Below, piece after piece: positions 44,351 to 53,737 of a stretch of 64,000 nucleotides of DNA; the stretch's first letter is position 1, and each line of letters opens with the position of its first letter. A program made the translations under genes and the position numbers. Source of the DNA: Chloroflexota bacterium (GTDB lineage: Bacteria > Chloroflexota > Dehalococcoidia > Bin125). The notes below the pieces were generated by a model, which saw only the letters and a list, made by a program, of their open reading frames with translations, had not been told where the DNA came from and did not search any database. The DNA is taken from contig JAPPFB010000002.1 in NCBI GenBank assembly GCA_028875225.1, positions 11,182 to 75,181 on the forward strand. The letters are read 5' to 3'.

Positions 44351-47170
44351 TCAGTTCGACTCATCCTCCGCGGACTCCAGGCTGGAGACGTTTGGTTGTT
44401 CGGGGAGGGCGATCATGATCGTCTCACTGATCGTCCCCAGGTACGCGTCCATGACCTCCAGGCTCAACTCATAGACTCCGCCATTGGTCTCGCCGCTGTC
44501 CCAGCGCCCAAGGACGCCCCCGATGACGCTGCGCGAGCCGGTGGCAATGGTGATCACGTCTTCGCTACCCAATCGTCGCGCGGTCAACGACCAGCCGGTC
44601 AGATCCGAACTGTGTGCCCGCCCGGTAATCAGGATCTCGCCTCGCTCGACGATCGCGGCGTCACCCGGCGTGTCGAACCGTACCGGCGCATCCGCCTCAT
44701 CGACCGTGCCGGGCTGCAGATATGCCACCCGGTGGCGGCGCAACCACTCGACGGCGATCGGGTCCAGCGCCGTCGCTCCCCGACGAGATACCGTTGGCGG
44801 TTCCAGCCACACGCCTCGCTGCAGGTAGTCCTCGGGAGTGTCGACGGTCGCCCGCTGCAAGGTTCGTCGATCAACATCAACCTCAAAACAGATGTAGTTG
44901 TCGACCGGTGGAGCGACACGGAGCGATACGAACAGCTCTTCCCGTGGGGCGGTACACGGTTGTTGCAGATCGGAGTCCGATTGCGTCGCGGCCATTGGAT
45001 TCACGGCGGGAGCGTAGACCAGCGAACGGTGGAGACCGTCCGGCGCCCGGAACTCTTCGGCCGTCAAACCATGATGGGCGGCAAGCATGAATCGATTCCA
45101 GATCAGTCCGGCGGTCTGAACGGACGATCCGCCGGTCATCGGCGACTCGTCGGCATTGCCGATCCAGACTCCGACGGCCAGCTGCGGCGTATAGCCCATC
45201 GTCCAGTAGTCGCGACGCAGGTCGTCCATGCCCGGATCGCCGGCCGTCCCGGTCTTGGCTGCGGCCGGCCGATCCAGCAGGAGCAGGCTGTCGGCGCCGT
45301 ACAGCAGGGACCGAGCGCTGTTGTCGGAAAGAATGTCGGTGATTTGATACGTATGTCCGGGCGGGGCCGCAACGCGGACCTCCGGCTCGCCCGACGTCGA
45401 CCACTCGTAGAGCAGCCTGCCTTCTGCGTCCCGTATTTCCAGGACTGCGACCGGGTCAAGCTCACGGAATCCATCCGGCAGCGCCAGCAGGGTGGGCTGC
45501 CCCTTCATCTCACCGAGATTGGCCAGGGTCGCATAGGCGTACGTCAGGTCGAGCAGCGAGACTTCACCGCCGCCCAGGGTGATCGACGGGCCGTAGGCGC
45601 CGGGATCGTGCATCGTGGTGATGCCCAGGCGGTGCGTGCTGTCGAGCAAGGCGGCGCTGCCCAGCAGTTCGGCCAGCTTGAACGCCGGCACGTTCATTGA
45701 GTTTGCCAGAGCGCTGCGCACCGTCACCGGTCCGCGAAACACGCCGTCAAAGTTGACCGGCTTGAACTCCGTGCCATCCGCTTCGACGTACGTGGTCGGC
45801 ACGTCCCAGAGCACCGTCGCGGGATGCCAGGTGCGCGGATCGAGCTGGAATGCGGCCAGGTAGGTCAGCGGCTTCAGCGCGGATCCAGGGGAGTGCGTCG
45901 CCGTCGCCAGGTTGACCTGGCCGTCAATCGTCTTGTCAAAGAAGTCGCGGCTGCCGACCATCGCGAGGATCTGTCCGGTTGACGGATCGATGGCGACCAG
46001 CGCGCCGTTATGTGCACCGGTCGCCGCTTCGAAATCGTTGATCGCCGACCGCACTTCGGACTCGGCCCGGGCCTGCAATCCGAAGTCGAGCGAGGTCGTA
46101 ATCCTCAGACCCCCGTTGTTCATCAGGTTCTCGCAGCCGCCCGTGCCGGACGGCGGCACGAACCGCTCCAGCCGGCAGAGCCGCTCAACCTGCTCACGCA
46201 CGTAGATCACGTAGTGAGGCGCCTCTATGTCGAATTCGGCCGAGTCGAACTCCAACTCCTCGCGCCAGGCCGCATCGGCCTCGGCGCGAGTGATGAAGCC
46301 GTGGCGCACCATCAGCGCCAACACATCGCCCTGTCGCCGCTTCGCTCCCTCGAGGTTCTCCAGCGGGTTGTAGAGGGACGGGGCCTGCGGCAGACCGGCC
46401 AGCATCGCCGACTCGGCCAGCGTCAGCTGCGCGGGAGCTTTGCCGAAGTAGCGCTGACTCGCTGCGCCGACTCCGTACGAAAAATTCCCGTAGAAGATTG
46501 AGTTGAGATACCACTCGAGGATCTGCTCTTTGCCGTACTCATTCGTGAGCTCGATCGCCAGGATCGTCTCCTTCAGCTTGCCGCGAACCCGGTTCAGTGT
46601 GCGGCCGGTGCGCTCCTCGGGTGGAATCAGCACGTTCTTGACCAGCTGTTGCGTGATCGACGAGCCACCGGAGCCGCCGAGAAAGTCCGAGCTGCCGACG
46701 CCGAAGTTCTCCCAGGCGGCACGCAGCAGTCCGCGGAAGTTGATGCCCTGGTTGGTCCAGAACGTGGCGTCTTCCGTGGCCACGGTCGCGTCGATCAGGT
46801 GTTGCGACACGCGGTGCAAGCGCACCGGCGCGCGGAGCCCGTCGGACGGACGCGCGTATTCGAACAGCAGGACGCCGTCCTCGCCGTTGCGATCGAAGAC
46901 GCGGCTGCTGCCCAGGAGCTGCTGCGTCTCCTCGATCTGGTCGGGCGGGGCCAGTTCGTTGGCGAAGTCCGAGTAGATCAGATAGGCCGCGCCCGCAGCT
47001 GCGCCGAGCAGCGCCAGCGGGGCGCCGAGCAGAATCACGAGGGCGATCATCCAGCCGCGCATGCGGGCCGGCTCGACCCGTTCGCCGCGCTTGCGCCGAC
47101 GCGATCGGATCGCCAGCCTGGTCGCCAGACTCAGCCGGCGCTTAGTTGCGGCGTGACGTTCGGATGTCAA
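44351..47170 (-). CDS. Class A penicillin-binding protein (transglycosylase/transpeptidase)
   Basis: TM anchor; EDATF, GGSSITQQLVKN, KLKE, YLNSIFYG; transpeptidase motifs SALK, SMN, KTG. Start codon uncertain. Confidence 0.92.
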   Translation of the reverse strand: MTSERHAATKRRLSLATRLAIRSRRRKRGERVEPARMRGWMIALVILLGAPLALLGAAAGAAYLIYSDFANELAPPDQIEETQQLLGSSRVFDRNGEDGVLLFEYARPSDGLRAPVRLHRVSQHLIDATVATEDATFWTNQGINFRGLLRAAWENFGVGSSDFLGGSGGSSITQQLVKNVLIPPEERTGRTLNRVRGKLKETILAIELTNEYGKEQILEWYLNSIFYGNFSYGVGAASQRYFGKAPAQLTLAESAMLAGLPQAPSLYNPLENLEGAKRRQGDVLALMVRHGFITRAEADAAWREELEFDSAEFDIEAPHYVIYVREQVERLCRLERFVPPSGTGGCENLMNNGGLRITTSLDFGLQARAESEVRSAINDFEAATGAHNGALVAIDPSTGQILAMVGSRDFFDKTIDGQVNLATATHSPGSALKPLTYLAAFQLDPRTWHPATVLWDVPTTYVEADGTEFKPVNFDGVFRGPVTVRSALANSMNVPAFKLAELLGSAALLDSTHRLGITTMHDPGAYGPSITLGGGEVSLLDLTYAYATLANLGEMKGQPTLLALPDGFRELDPVAVLEIRDAEGRLLYEWSTSGEPEVRVAAPPGHTYQITDILSDNSARSLLYGADSLLLLDRPAAAKTGTAGDPGMDDLRRDYWTMGYTPQLAVGVWIGNADESPMTGGSSVQTAGLIWNRFMLAAHHGLTAEEFRAPDGLHRSLVYAPAVNPMAATQSDSDLQQPCTAPREELFVSLRVAPPVDNYICFEVDVDRRTLQRATVDTPEDYLQRGVWLEPPTVSRRGATALDPIAVEWLRRHRVAYLQPGTVDEADAPVRFDTPGDAAIVERGEILITGRAHSSDLTGWSLTARRLGSEDVITIATGSRSVIGGVLGRWDSGETNGGVYELSLEVMDAYLGTISETIMIALPEQPNVSSLESAEDESN

Positions 47171-47285
47171 TCCCGGTACTCCGTCTCAACTTCCACATTA
47201 CGTCCGACGCCCTGGAACTCCGGGGCGCGATAGGCTGCATTTCACGCACGAGTAACGTTCCGCCCCATCTCCCGAGCCCTCCGAT

Positions 47286-47597
47286 ATGTCTGACTCTGAC
47301 AGCACCCAGTTCACGAGCGCGCAGGTGCGGCATCTCGCATCGTTGGTGCGTATTGAATTGACGGATTCCGAGGTCGAAGAGTTCCGCAGCGAACTGGCCA
47401 GCATCCTCTCGCACATCGACGCGCTGTCCGAGATCGACACGAGCGGCGTGCCGCCGACGAACAACGGCGCCGACCTGCTCAACATCCAGGACGACGACGC
47501 TTCGCGTCCGGCGATGGAGCGCGAACAGATTCTGGCCAACGCGCCGCAGCGCGAGGACGAGTACTTCCGCGTCCACGCGGTGCTCGATCAGTCATGA
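47286..47597 (+). CDS. gatC: Asp/Glu-tRNA amidotransferase subunit C
   Basis: VRHLASLVRIEL, IDTSGVPPT, LANAP, YFRV; overlaps the gatA start. Confidence 0.9.
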   Translation: MSDSDSTQFTSAQVRHLASLVRIELTDSEVEEFRSELASILSHIDALSEIDTSGVPPTNNGADLLNIQDDDASRPAMEREQILANAPQREDEYFRVHAVLDQS

Positions 47598-49084
47598 CTG
47601 CTCCCACAAACACCGAACTGTTGACGATCACACTGGCGGAAGGCCGACGGCGACTAGTTGCCGGCGACGTCACCTCAGTCCAACTGACCCAGATGTTTCT
47701 CGATCGGATCGCCGATACCGACGATGAGGTCCGCGCCTTCGTCACGGTGACGGCGGAATCGGCCCTCGAACAGGCCGCCGAAGCGGACGCGTTGCTTGCT
47801 CGCGGGGACGCCGCAGCGCCGCTGACCGGCTTGCCGATCGGGCTCAAGGACGTGTTGATGACCAGGGGCGTCCGAACGACGGCCGGCTCGAGGATGCTGG
47901 ACCGCCTGGTTCCGCCCTACGACGCAACGGTTGTAACCCGATTGGGCGAAGCAGGGGCGATCTCGCTGGGCAAACTCAACATGGACGAGTTCGCGATGGG
48001 CTCCTCGACCGAGCATTCAGCCTGGTTTCCGACGGCCAATCCCTGGGATCTTGAGCGCGTGCCCGGCGGATCCTCCGGCGGTTCGGCCGCCGCCGTCGCC
48101 GCGCGGCAGTGCATCGCCACGCTTGGTTCCGACACCGGCGGCTCAATCCGCCAGCCGGCCTCGTTCTGCGGCGTCGTCGGCCTCAAGCCGACGTACGGCC
48201 GCGTCTCACGATACGGACTGATCGCATTCGCCAGCTCGCTCGACCAGATCGGACCCTTCACCAGCACGGTAGAGGACGCGGCGATGCTGCTCCAGGCCAT
48301 CGCCGGACCGGACCCGCTCGATTCCACCTGCTACGACGAGCCGGTCCCGGACTTCAGCGCGCAACTGGACCGCGGGCTCGACGGCCTGCGCGTCGCCGCG
48401 CCGCAGGAGTTCTTCGGCGACGGCATGGACGACGACGTCGCGAGCGCGGTCGAGACGGCGCTCGATCTGCTCGCCGCCAATGGAGCGATCATTGACCGCT
48501 CGCCATCAATGCCGTCCGTGCCGATGGCATTGCCCGTTTACTACATCCTCGCCCCGTCGGAATGCTCGGCCAACCTGGCCCGCTTCGACGGCGTCAAGTA
48601 CGGCTACGGCGCGCGCGGCGGTGAGTCGATGTGGGCCGACATGGAAGCGACCCGCCAGCACGGGTTCGGTCGTGAGGTCAAACGCCGCATCTTGCTGGGC
48701 GCTTACGCGCTCTCGGCCGGCTACTACGACGCCTACTATCTCCAGGCCCAGAAAGTCCGAACGCTGATCCGGCGAGAGTTCGATCGCGTCTTCGCCGAGC
48801 ACGATGTGATCGTCGCTCCCACTGCTCCTACCGTCGCGTTCAGGCAGGGCGAGATCACCGACCCGTATCAGATGTACCTCAACGACATCTACACCATTCC
48901 GGCCAACATCGCCGGACTTCCGGCGATCTCCGTCCCGGGCGGATTCGGCAAAGGCCGCATGCCGGTCGGACTCCAGTTCGTGGGTCAACGCCTGGACGAG
49001 ACCGCACTGCTGGGGGTCGCCAACGCCTACGAACAACTGACGCAATGGCCCACCTTCCCGTCGGGAAATGTTGGCTCTACGTAA
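47594..49084 (+). CDS. gatA: Asp/Glu-tRNA amidotransferase subunit A
   Basis: KD, GKLNMDEFAMGSSTE, PGGSSGGS, GSDTGGSIRQPA, EVKRRILLG, YYDAYY. Confidence 0.96.
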   Translation: MTAPTNTELLTITLAEGRRRLVAGDVTSVQLTQMFLDRIADTDDEVRAFVTVTAESALEQAAEADALLARGDAAAPLTGLPIGLKDVLMTRGVRTTAGSRMLDRLVPPYDATVVTRLGEAGAISLGKLNMDEFAMGSSTEHSAWFPTANPWDLERVPGGSSGGSAAAVAARQCIATLGSDTGGSIRQPASFCGVVGLKPTYGRVSRYGLIAFASSLDQIGPFTSTVEDAAMLLQAIAGPDPLDSTCYDEPVPDFSAQLDRGLDGLRVAAPQEFFGDGMDDDVASAVETALDLLAANGAIIDRSPSMPSVPMALPVYYILAPSECSANLARFDGVKYGYGARGGESMWADMEATRQHGFGREVKRRILLGAYALSAGYYDAYYLQAQKVRTLIRREFDRVFAEHDVIVAPTAPTVAFRQGEITDPYQMYLNDIYTIPANIAGLPAISVPGGFGKGRMPVGLQFVGQRLDETALLGVANAYEQLTQWPTFPSGNVGST

Positions 49085-49149
49085 CGAGTGATTGTGCGGG
49101 ACCGTCCGGCACTGACACTGCCGGTTTCTTCACGTAAAGTTCGATCTTG

Positions 49150-49641
49150 ATGGATCCAATTCTCGAACCCGTGCTCCGCGAACTCGCGCGCGACGCCCGT
49201 CAGTCGGCAGCACAGATCGCCGAGCGCGTCGACGGCAGCGAAGCCGAAGTCGCCGAAGCGGTCAGGGAAGCCGAAGAGCGCAACATCGTGCTCGGCTACG
49301 GGGCCAAGATCAACTGGGAGACCCTGGGCCTGTCGACCGTGTACGCGGTCGTGGAGGTCACCGTCGAGCCCCAGCCGAATGTCGGCTACAACGCCGTCGC
49401 CCGGCGCATCGCGCGATTCGACGAAGTACAAACCGTCTATTTCGTCTCCGGTGCCTACGACCTGTTGGTCATGATCGCCGCCGACAACATGCGCGGCATT
49501 TCCGATTTCGTCGGCGAGCGCCTGGCCACGATGTCCGGCGTCAAGGGCACCACCACCCGCGTCCTCATGCGCCGCTACAAGGAAGACGGCGTCTACATCG
49601 ACGCCGACCTGCAGAACGACCGCCAGAAGGTGGTCTTCTGA
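49150..49641 (+). CDS. Lrp/AsnC family transcriptional regulator
   Basis: N-terminal HTH, VSGAYDL, RRYKEDG; paired with an aminotransferase as in YugG/YugH-type operons. Confidence 0.88.
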   Translation: MDPILEPVLRELARDARQSAAQIAERVDGSEAEVAEAVREAEERNIVLGYGAKINWETLGLSTVYAVVEVTVEPQPNVGYNAVARRIARFDEVQTVYFVSGAYDLLVMIAADNMRGISDFVGERLATMSGVKGTTTRVLMRRYKEDGVYIDADLQNDRQKVVF

Positions 49642-49685
49642 CCCGCCCATCCCCGCAGCAGGAATGAGTTCAGAGCGAGAGAACC

Positions 49686-50969
49686 ATGCCGATAGCGTCC
49701 AACGACCGCCCATATTCGAACGACGACGACCCCCGGCGTACTGGCGCCGCGGGCGCCGGATCGGCGGCTGCGGCGCAAGCGTCGGGATCTGCGGATGGAG
49801 CGGCTCGGACTGCCGAGCGGGTGCAGGCGGTGCCCGGCTCCGGCATCAGGCGCTTCTTCGACATCATCGCCTCGATGGACCACGTGATCTCATTGGGCGT
49901 CGGTGAGCCGGACTTTGTCACTCCCTGGCCGATCAGCGAAGCGGGCATCCGCGCGATTGAGCAGGGGCACACGCACTACACCTCCAACCTTGGCTTGCTC
50001 GAGCTGCGCGAGGCGATTGCCCGCGACCTCGAGCGCCGCTACGGGGTCGAATGGGATCCGCGCGAGGAGATGCTGATCACCACCGGCGTCTCCGAGGGCC
50101 TCGATCTCGCCGCCCGCGCGATCATCAATCCCGGCGACGAGGTGATCGTCGCCGATCCGTCCTACGCCGCGCACGCGCCCGCGATTGTCCTTGCCGGCGG
50201 CGTGCCGGTGGCAATCACGACGCGAGCGTCCCAGGGTTTCGTCCTTGAACCCAGGGCGGTTGAAGCGGCGATCACGCCCAGGACCAAAGCCCTGTTGATC
50301 GCCTATCCCTCCAACCCCACGGGCGCGGTGCTCGAACGGTCGACGCTGGAAGCGCTGGCCGACATCGCCCGGCGGCATGACCTACTGGTGATCTCGGACG
50401 AGATTTACGATCGCCTCGTGTACAGCGGCTTCGAACACACGCCGATCGCGTCGCTGCCGGGCATGAAAGAGCGCACGATCACGCTGGGCGGCTTCTCCAA
50501 GTCGCACGCAATGACCGGCTGGCGCGTCGCCTGGGCCGCCGCTCCGTCCGACCTCTTCGCCGGCATGCTCAAGATCCACCAGTACGCCATGATGTCCGCG
50601 CCCACCGTCGCGCAGTACGCCGCCCTGGAAGCAGTGCGCGCGGGCGAGGAATATGTCGTGGCGATGCGCGAGGAGTACGATCGCCGCCGCCAGCTGATGT
50701 GGCGCGGATTCAACAAGCTCGGCCTGGCCTGCGCCGAGCCGCGCGGCGCGTTCTACGCCTTCCCCTCGGTCGCCCAGACCGGCTACGACGACGAAACATT
50801 CGCCGAGCAACTGCTGATCCAGGAGCAGGTCGCGGTCGTGCCCGGCTCCGCCTTCGGCGCGGCCGGCGCCGGACACGTGCGCGCCTGCTACGCGACCAGC
50901 TACGACGAGATCGAGGACGCGCTTGAGCGCATCGGCCGCTTCCTCCACTATGCGCCGCTGGCCAAGTAA
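49686..50969 (+). CDS. Class I/II PLP-dependent aminotransferase
   Basis: SGIRRFFD, SLGVGEPDF, PSNPTG, SDEIY, GFSKSHAMTGWR, GAFY, VPGSAFG. Confidence 0.93.
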   Translation: MPIASNDRPYSNDDDPRRTGAAGAGSAAAAQASGSADGAARTAERVQAVPGSGIRRFFDIIASMDHVISLGVGEPDFVTPWPISEAGIRAIEQGHTHYTSNLGLLELREAIARDLERRYGVEWDPREEMLITTGVSEGLDLAARAIINPGDEVIVADPSYAAHAPAIVLAGGVPVAITTRASQGFVLEPRAVEAAITPRTKALLIAYPSNPTGAVLERSTLEALADIARRHDLLVISDEIYDRLVYSGFEHTPIASLPGMKERTITLGGFSKSHAMTGWRVAWAAAPSDLFAGMLKIHQYAMMSAPTVAQYAALEAVRAGEEYVVAMREEYDRRRQLMWRGFNKLGLACAEPRGAFYAFPSVAQTGYDDETFAEQLLIQEQVAVVPGSAFGAAGAGHVRACYATSYDEIEDALERIGRFLHYAPLAK

Positions 50970-51009
50970 CGCGTTCGGGCAACGGATGACCAGCCGCTAG
51001 CCTGCGGCC

Positions 51010-51732
51010 ATGACGTTTCGCCTCAATCCGCCGCCGGGAGAGTCCGAACCCGAGGATCTGACGCTGAGAATCACCGGCGTGCAGGCGCGTCCGCGGCCGG
51101 TTGAAGGCGGCGAACCCGACCCGTCGCGCCTGGAACTGCGCCTGGGAACCACCCGCGGCGAGCTCAGCGCCCTGCTCGACGTCGCCGAGGGTCAGACCGG
51201 AGCGCTGATCACGTGTTCAGGCGCGATGGGGGGCGAGCACGAGGTCCGCGGTCCGGCCGACAGCGTCTACCAGCGTCTGGCCGAGCAGCTGCCCGCCGAG
51301 GGCATCTCTGCGCTGCGGATTCACTACCGCATTGCCGGCGAGTTTGAGGAATGCGTACTCGACCTACTCGGCGCCTGTTCGTTCCTGAGCGGCGTCGGCG
51401 CGGAACGGATCGTCCTCGCCGGACACTCATTCGGTGGAGCGGTCGTGATCAAGACCGCGCAGATCATGCCTCAGGTGCGGGGAGTCATTTCCCTCTCACC
51501 GCAGCTGTTCGGTACCCGCCAGGTCGAGGAAATGGACAAGCCGCTCCTGCTGATCCACGGCACCGCCGACGCGATCCTGCATCACATGGCCTCGGAAGAT
51601 ATCTACGAGCGAGCCAACGAACCGAAGCGGCTGGTGCTGATCCCCGATGGCGGCCACGGCCTGGCCGAAGATCCCGACACCGTGATGTCGGAGATGCACC
51701 AGTTCGTCCACGAACACGTCGGGCCGCATTAG
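51010..51732 (+). CDS. Alpha/beta hydrolase
   Basis: GHSFG nucleophile elbow, HGTAD, GGHG. Confidence 0.82.
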   Translation: MTFRLNPPPGESEPEDLTLRITGVQARPRPVEGGEPDPSRLELRLGTTRGELSALLDVAEGQTGALITCSGAMGGEHEVRGPADSVYQRLAEQLPAEGISALRIHYRIAGEFEECVLDLLGACSFLSGVGAERIVLAGHSFGGAVVIKTAQIMPQVRGVISLSPQLFGTRQVEEMDKPLLLIHGTADAILHHMASEDIYERANEPKRLVLIPDGGHGLAEDPDTVMSEMHQFVHEHVGPH

Positions 51733-51745
51733 TCCCGGCTACCGG

Positions 51746-52612
51746 CTACTCGTCGTTGTTGTTGCCGTTCCCGGCCGCCACGCCGACGCCCAGACGCTCG
51801 GCGATCGTGCGGGCCGCGTTGGTCAGCTCCATCGGGATGATCCACTTGGTGCTGTCGCTGTTGGCCAGGTTGCGCAATGTTTCGAGGTACTGCAGACCCA
51901 TCGTGTTGCCGTGCGCGATCTGAGCGGCCGCGTTGATCGAGTTCAGCGCGTCCGCGTAACCCTGGGCTTCGAGAATCTGCGCTTCTCGGTGACCTTCGGC
52001 TCGCAGGATCTGCGCCTGCTTCTCGCCTTCGGCCTCGAGGATCGCTGCCTGGCGCTCACCCTCGGCGACGTTGATCTGCGCATCACGTGAACCCTCAGAC
52101 TCGGTGATTTGCGCGCGCCGTGTGCGTTCCGCCGACATCTGCCGGGTCATCGCTTCCGCGATCGCGGGCGGCGGCTCGATCTCCCGGATCTCCACCGCGG
52201 TCACCTTGACGCCCCAGCGGTTCGTCACCTCATCGAGTTTGACCTGCATCTGGTCGTTGATGTCGTCGCGCCGAGACAGGACTTCGTCCAATGCCATCTC
52301 ACCGACCACAGCACGCAGGGTCGTCGTGGCCAACTGGCGGGCTGCGCCGAGGTAGTCGCGGACTTCGAGCACCGTGCGCTCGGGATCCATTACACGCAGA
52401 TAGACGACGAAGTCGACGTCGACGCCGGCGTTATCCCGCGTGATGTTGCGTTGCGGTGGCACGTCGAAGTACTGCTCGCGCATATCGACCTTGGTCCCGG
52501 CCTGGATGATCGGGATGATCCAGACCAATCCCGGGCCCTTCATCCCGACGTAGCGGCCGAGCTGGAACTTGGCGACCCGTTCGTAGTCACGGACCATATT
52601 GATAATCGCCAT
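51746..52612 (-). CDS. SPFH/band 7 (QmcA/stomatin-like) protein
   Basis: PGLVWIIP, ITRDNA, TTLRAVVG, WGVKVTAVEI, AERTRRA, AEGE repeats; GAGGAG RBS. Confidence 0.92.
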   Translation of the reverse strand: MAIINMVRDYERVAKFQLGRYVGMKGPGLVWIIPIIQAGTKVDMREQYFDVPPQRNITRDNAGVDVDFVVYLRVMDPERTVLEVRDYLGAARQLATTTLRAVVGEMALDEVLSRRDDINDQMQVKLDEVTNRWGVKVTAVEIREIEPPPAIAEAMTRQMSAERTRRAQITESEGSRDAQINVAEGERQAAILEAEGEKQAQILRAEGHREAQILEAQGYADALNSINAAAQIAHGNTMGLQYLETLRNLANSDSTKWIIPMELTNAARTIAERLGVGVAAGNGNNNDE

Positions 52613-52750
52613 GGGGTACTCCTCTATTGGCTATCGCTGCCGACCGCCCGTTGTTCGTTCGCAGCGAGTATATGGATTCGCTCGCAACCTGAATGTACAC
52701 AGCGGGCCAGGTTCCGCGCGATTCGGCGGGCGGCGAATAAGCTGCCTCTT

Positions 52751-53671
52751 GTGAACGATCCCGATCCCAATCGTGATCCGCTGCCCGAGTCCGAGGTGCC
52801 CTGGCAGACCAGGGTTGTCCGCAGCCGCGCCTTCGCCTGGCTCGAGATGTGCCGGCCCACCACCGGAACCTGGCTGCTTTTCTCGAGCGCGCTGATGGTC
52901 CTGACGGCGGCCGAGGGCTCGCTCGAGTGGGGCCTGCCGTTTCAATACGGGGCGATGGTCGTCGCCTTCGCGTACGCGGCTGCCTTGATCGGCAATGCGC
53001 TGGATGCCGAGATCGACTCGTCCAGCCGTCTGATGCGGCCGATTCCAGCCGGCAAGGTCACGATCCGGGGTGCGCTCATTGCCGCGGCGGTTCCCGTTGC
53101 CCTCGGCGCCGCGATCGGGTTCGCCACTGACTGGCGAGTCGGCGTGATCGGTCTGGCCATGCTCGCCGCCAGTGGGCTGTACAGCGCGGCCTGGCGCGGA
53201 TCGCCGCTGGGCTTCCTGGCCTTCGCGCTGATCGGCGTGCTTCTGCCGCTCGGCGCCATTCAGACCGCCGACGAGGGATTCTCCAATGCTCATCTGATCT
53301 GGGTCATTCCGGTCGGAGCCTTGACCGGGGCGGCCACATTCATGATCTACAAGCTGCCCGACTTCGAGATTGACGACTTCGACGGCGCACGCTCGATCCT
53401 GCACTGGCTCGGGATCGACACGGCGATTTCGATGTCCTGGGCCATACTCGCCGCAGCGCTGGCGCTTGCGGCCGCGTCGATCAATCTCTCCGGCGGCAAC
53501 CTCGCCTGGCTGCTCGGTCCGCTGCTCTACATCATCATCGCCGGACTGTTCTGCATCTGGATCCTGATGCGGCGCGTTTCGGAAGTGAGACTTCGACTGC
53601 AACGTTGGCTGATCGTGCCGCCGGTGCCGATCTTGCTGATCGGCTGGTTGGGCGCCGCCGCTTCCGCCTGA
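52751..53671 (+). CDS. UbiA-family prenyltransferase-like membrane protein
   Basis: RP, GNALDAEID, RPIPAGKV, LYS, LPDFEIDDFDG; multiple TM helices. GTG start inferred. Confidence 0.7.
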   Translation: MNDPDPNRDPLPESEVPWQTRVVRSRAFAWLEMCRPTTGTWLLFSSALMVLTAAEGSLEWGLPFQYGAMVVAFAYAAALIGNALDAEIDSSSRLMRPIPAGKVTIRGALIAAAVPVALGAAIGFATDWRVGVIGLAMLAASGLYSAAWRGSPLGFLAFALIGVLLPLGAIQTADEGFSNAHLIWVIPVGALTGAATFMIYKLPDFEIDDFDGARSILHWLGIDTAISMSWAILAAALALAAASINLSGGNLAWLLGPLLYIIIAGLFCIWILMRRVSEVRLRLQRWLIVPPVPILLIGWLGAAASA

Positions 53672-53737
53672 CCACCCCTGTGGTCTCGGCAATCCGTCAA
53701 TCCGCTAGGTTGATCGCGCAGACTCCAGGAGCGCGTG

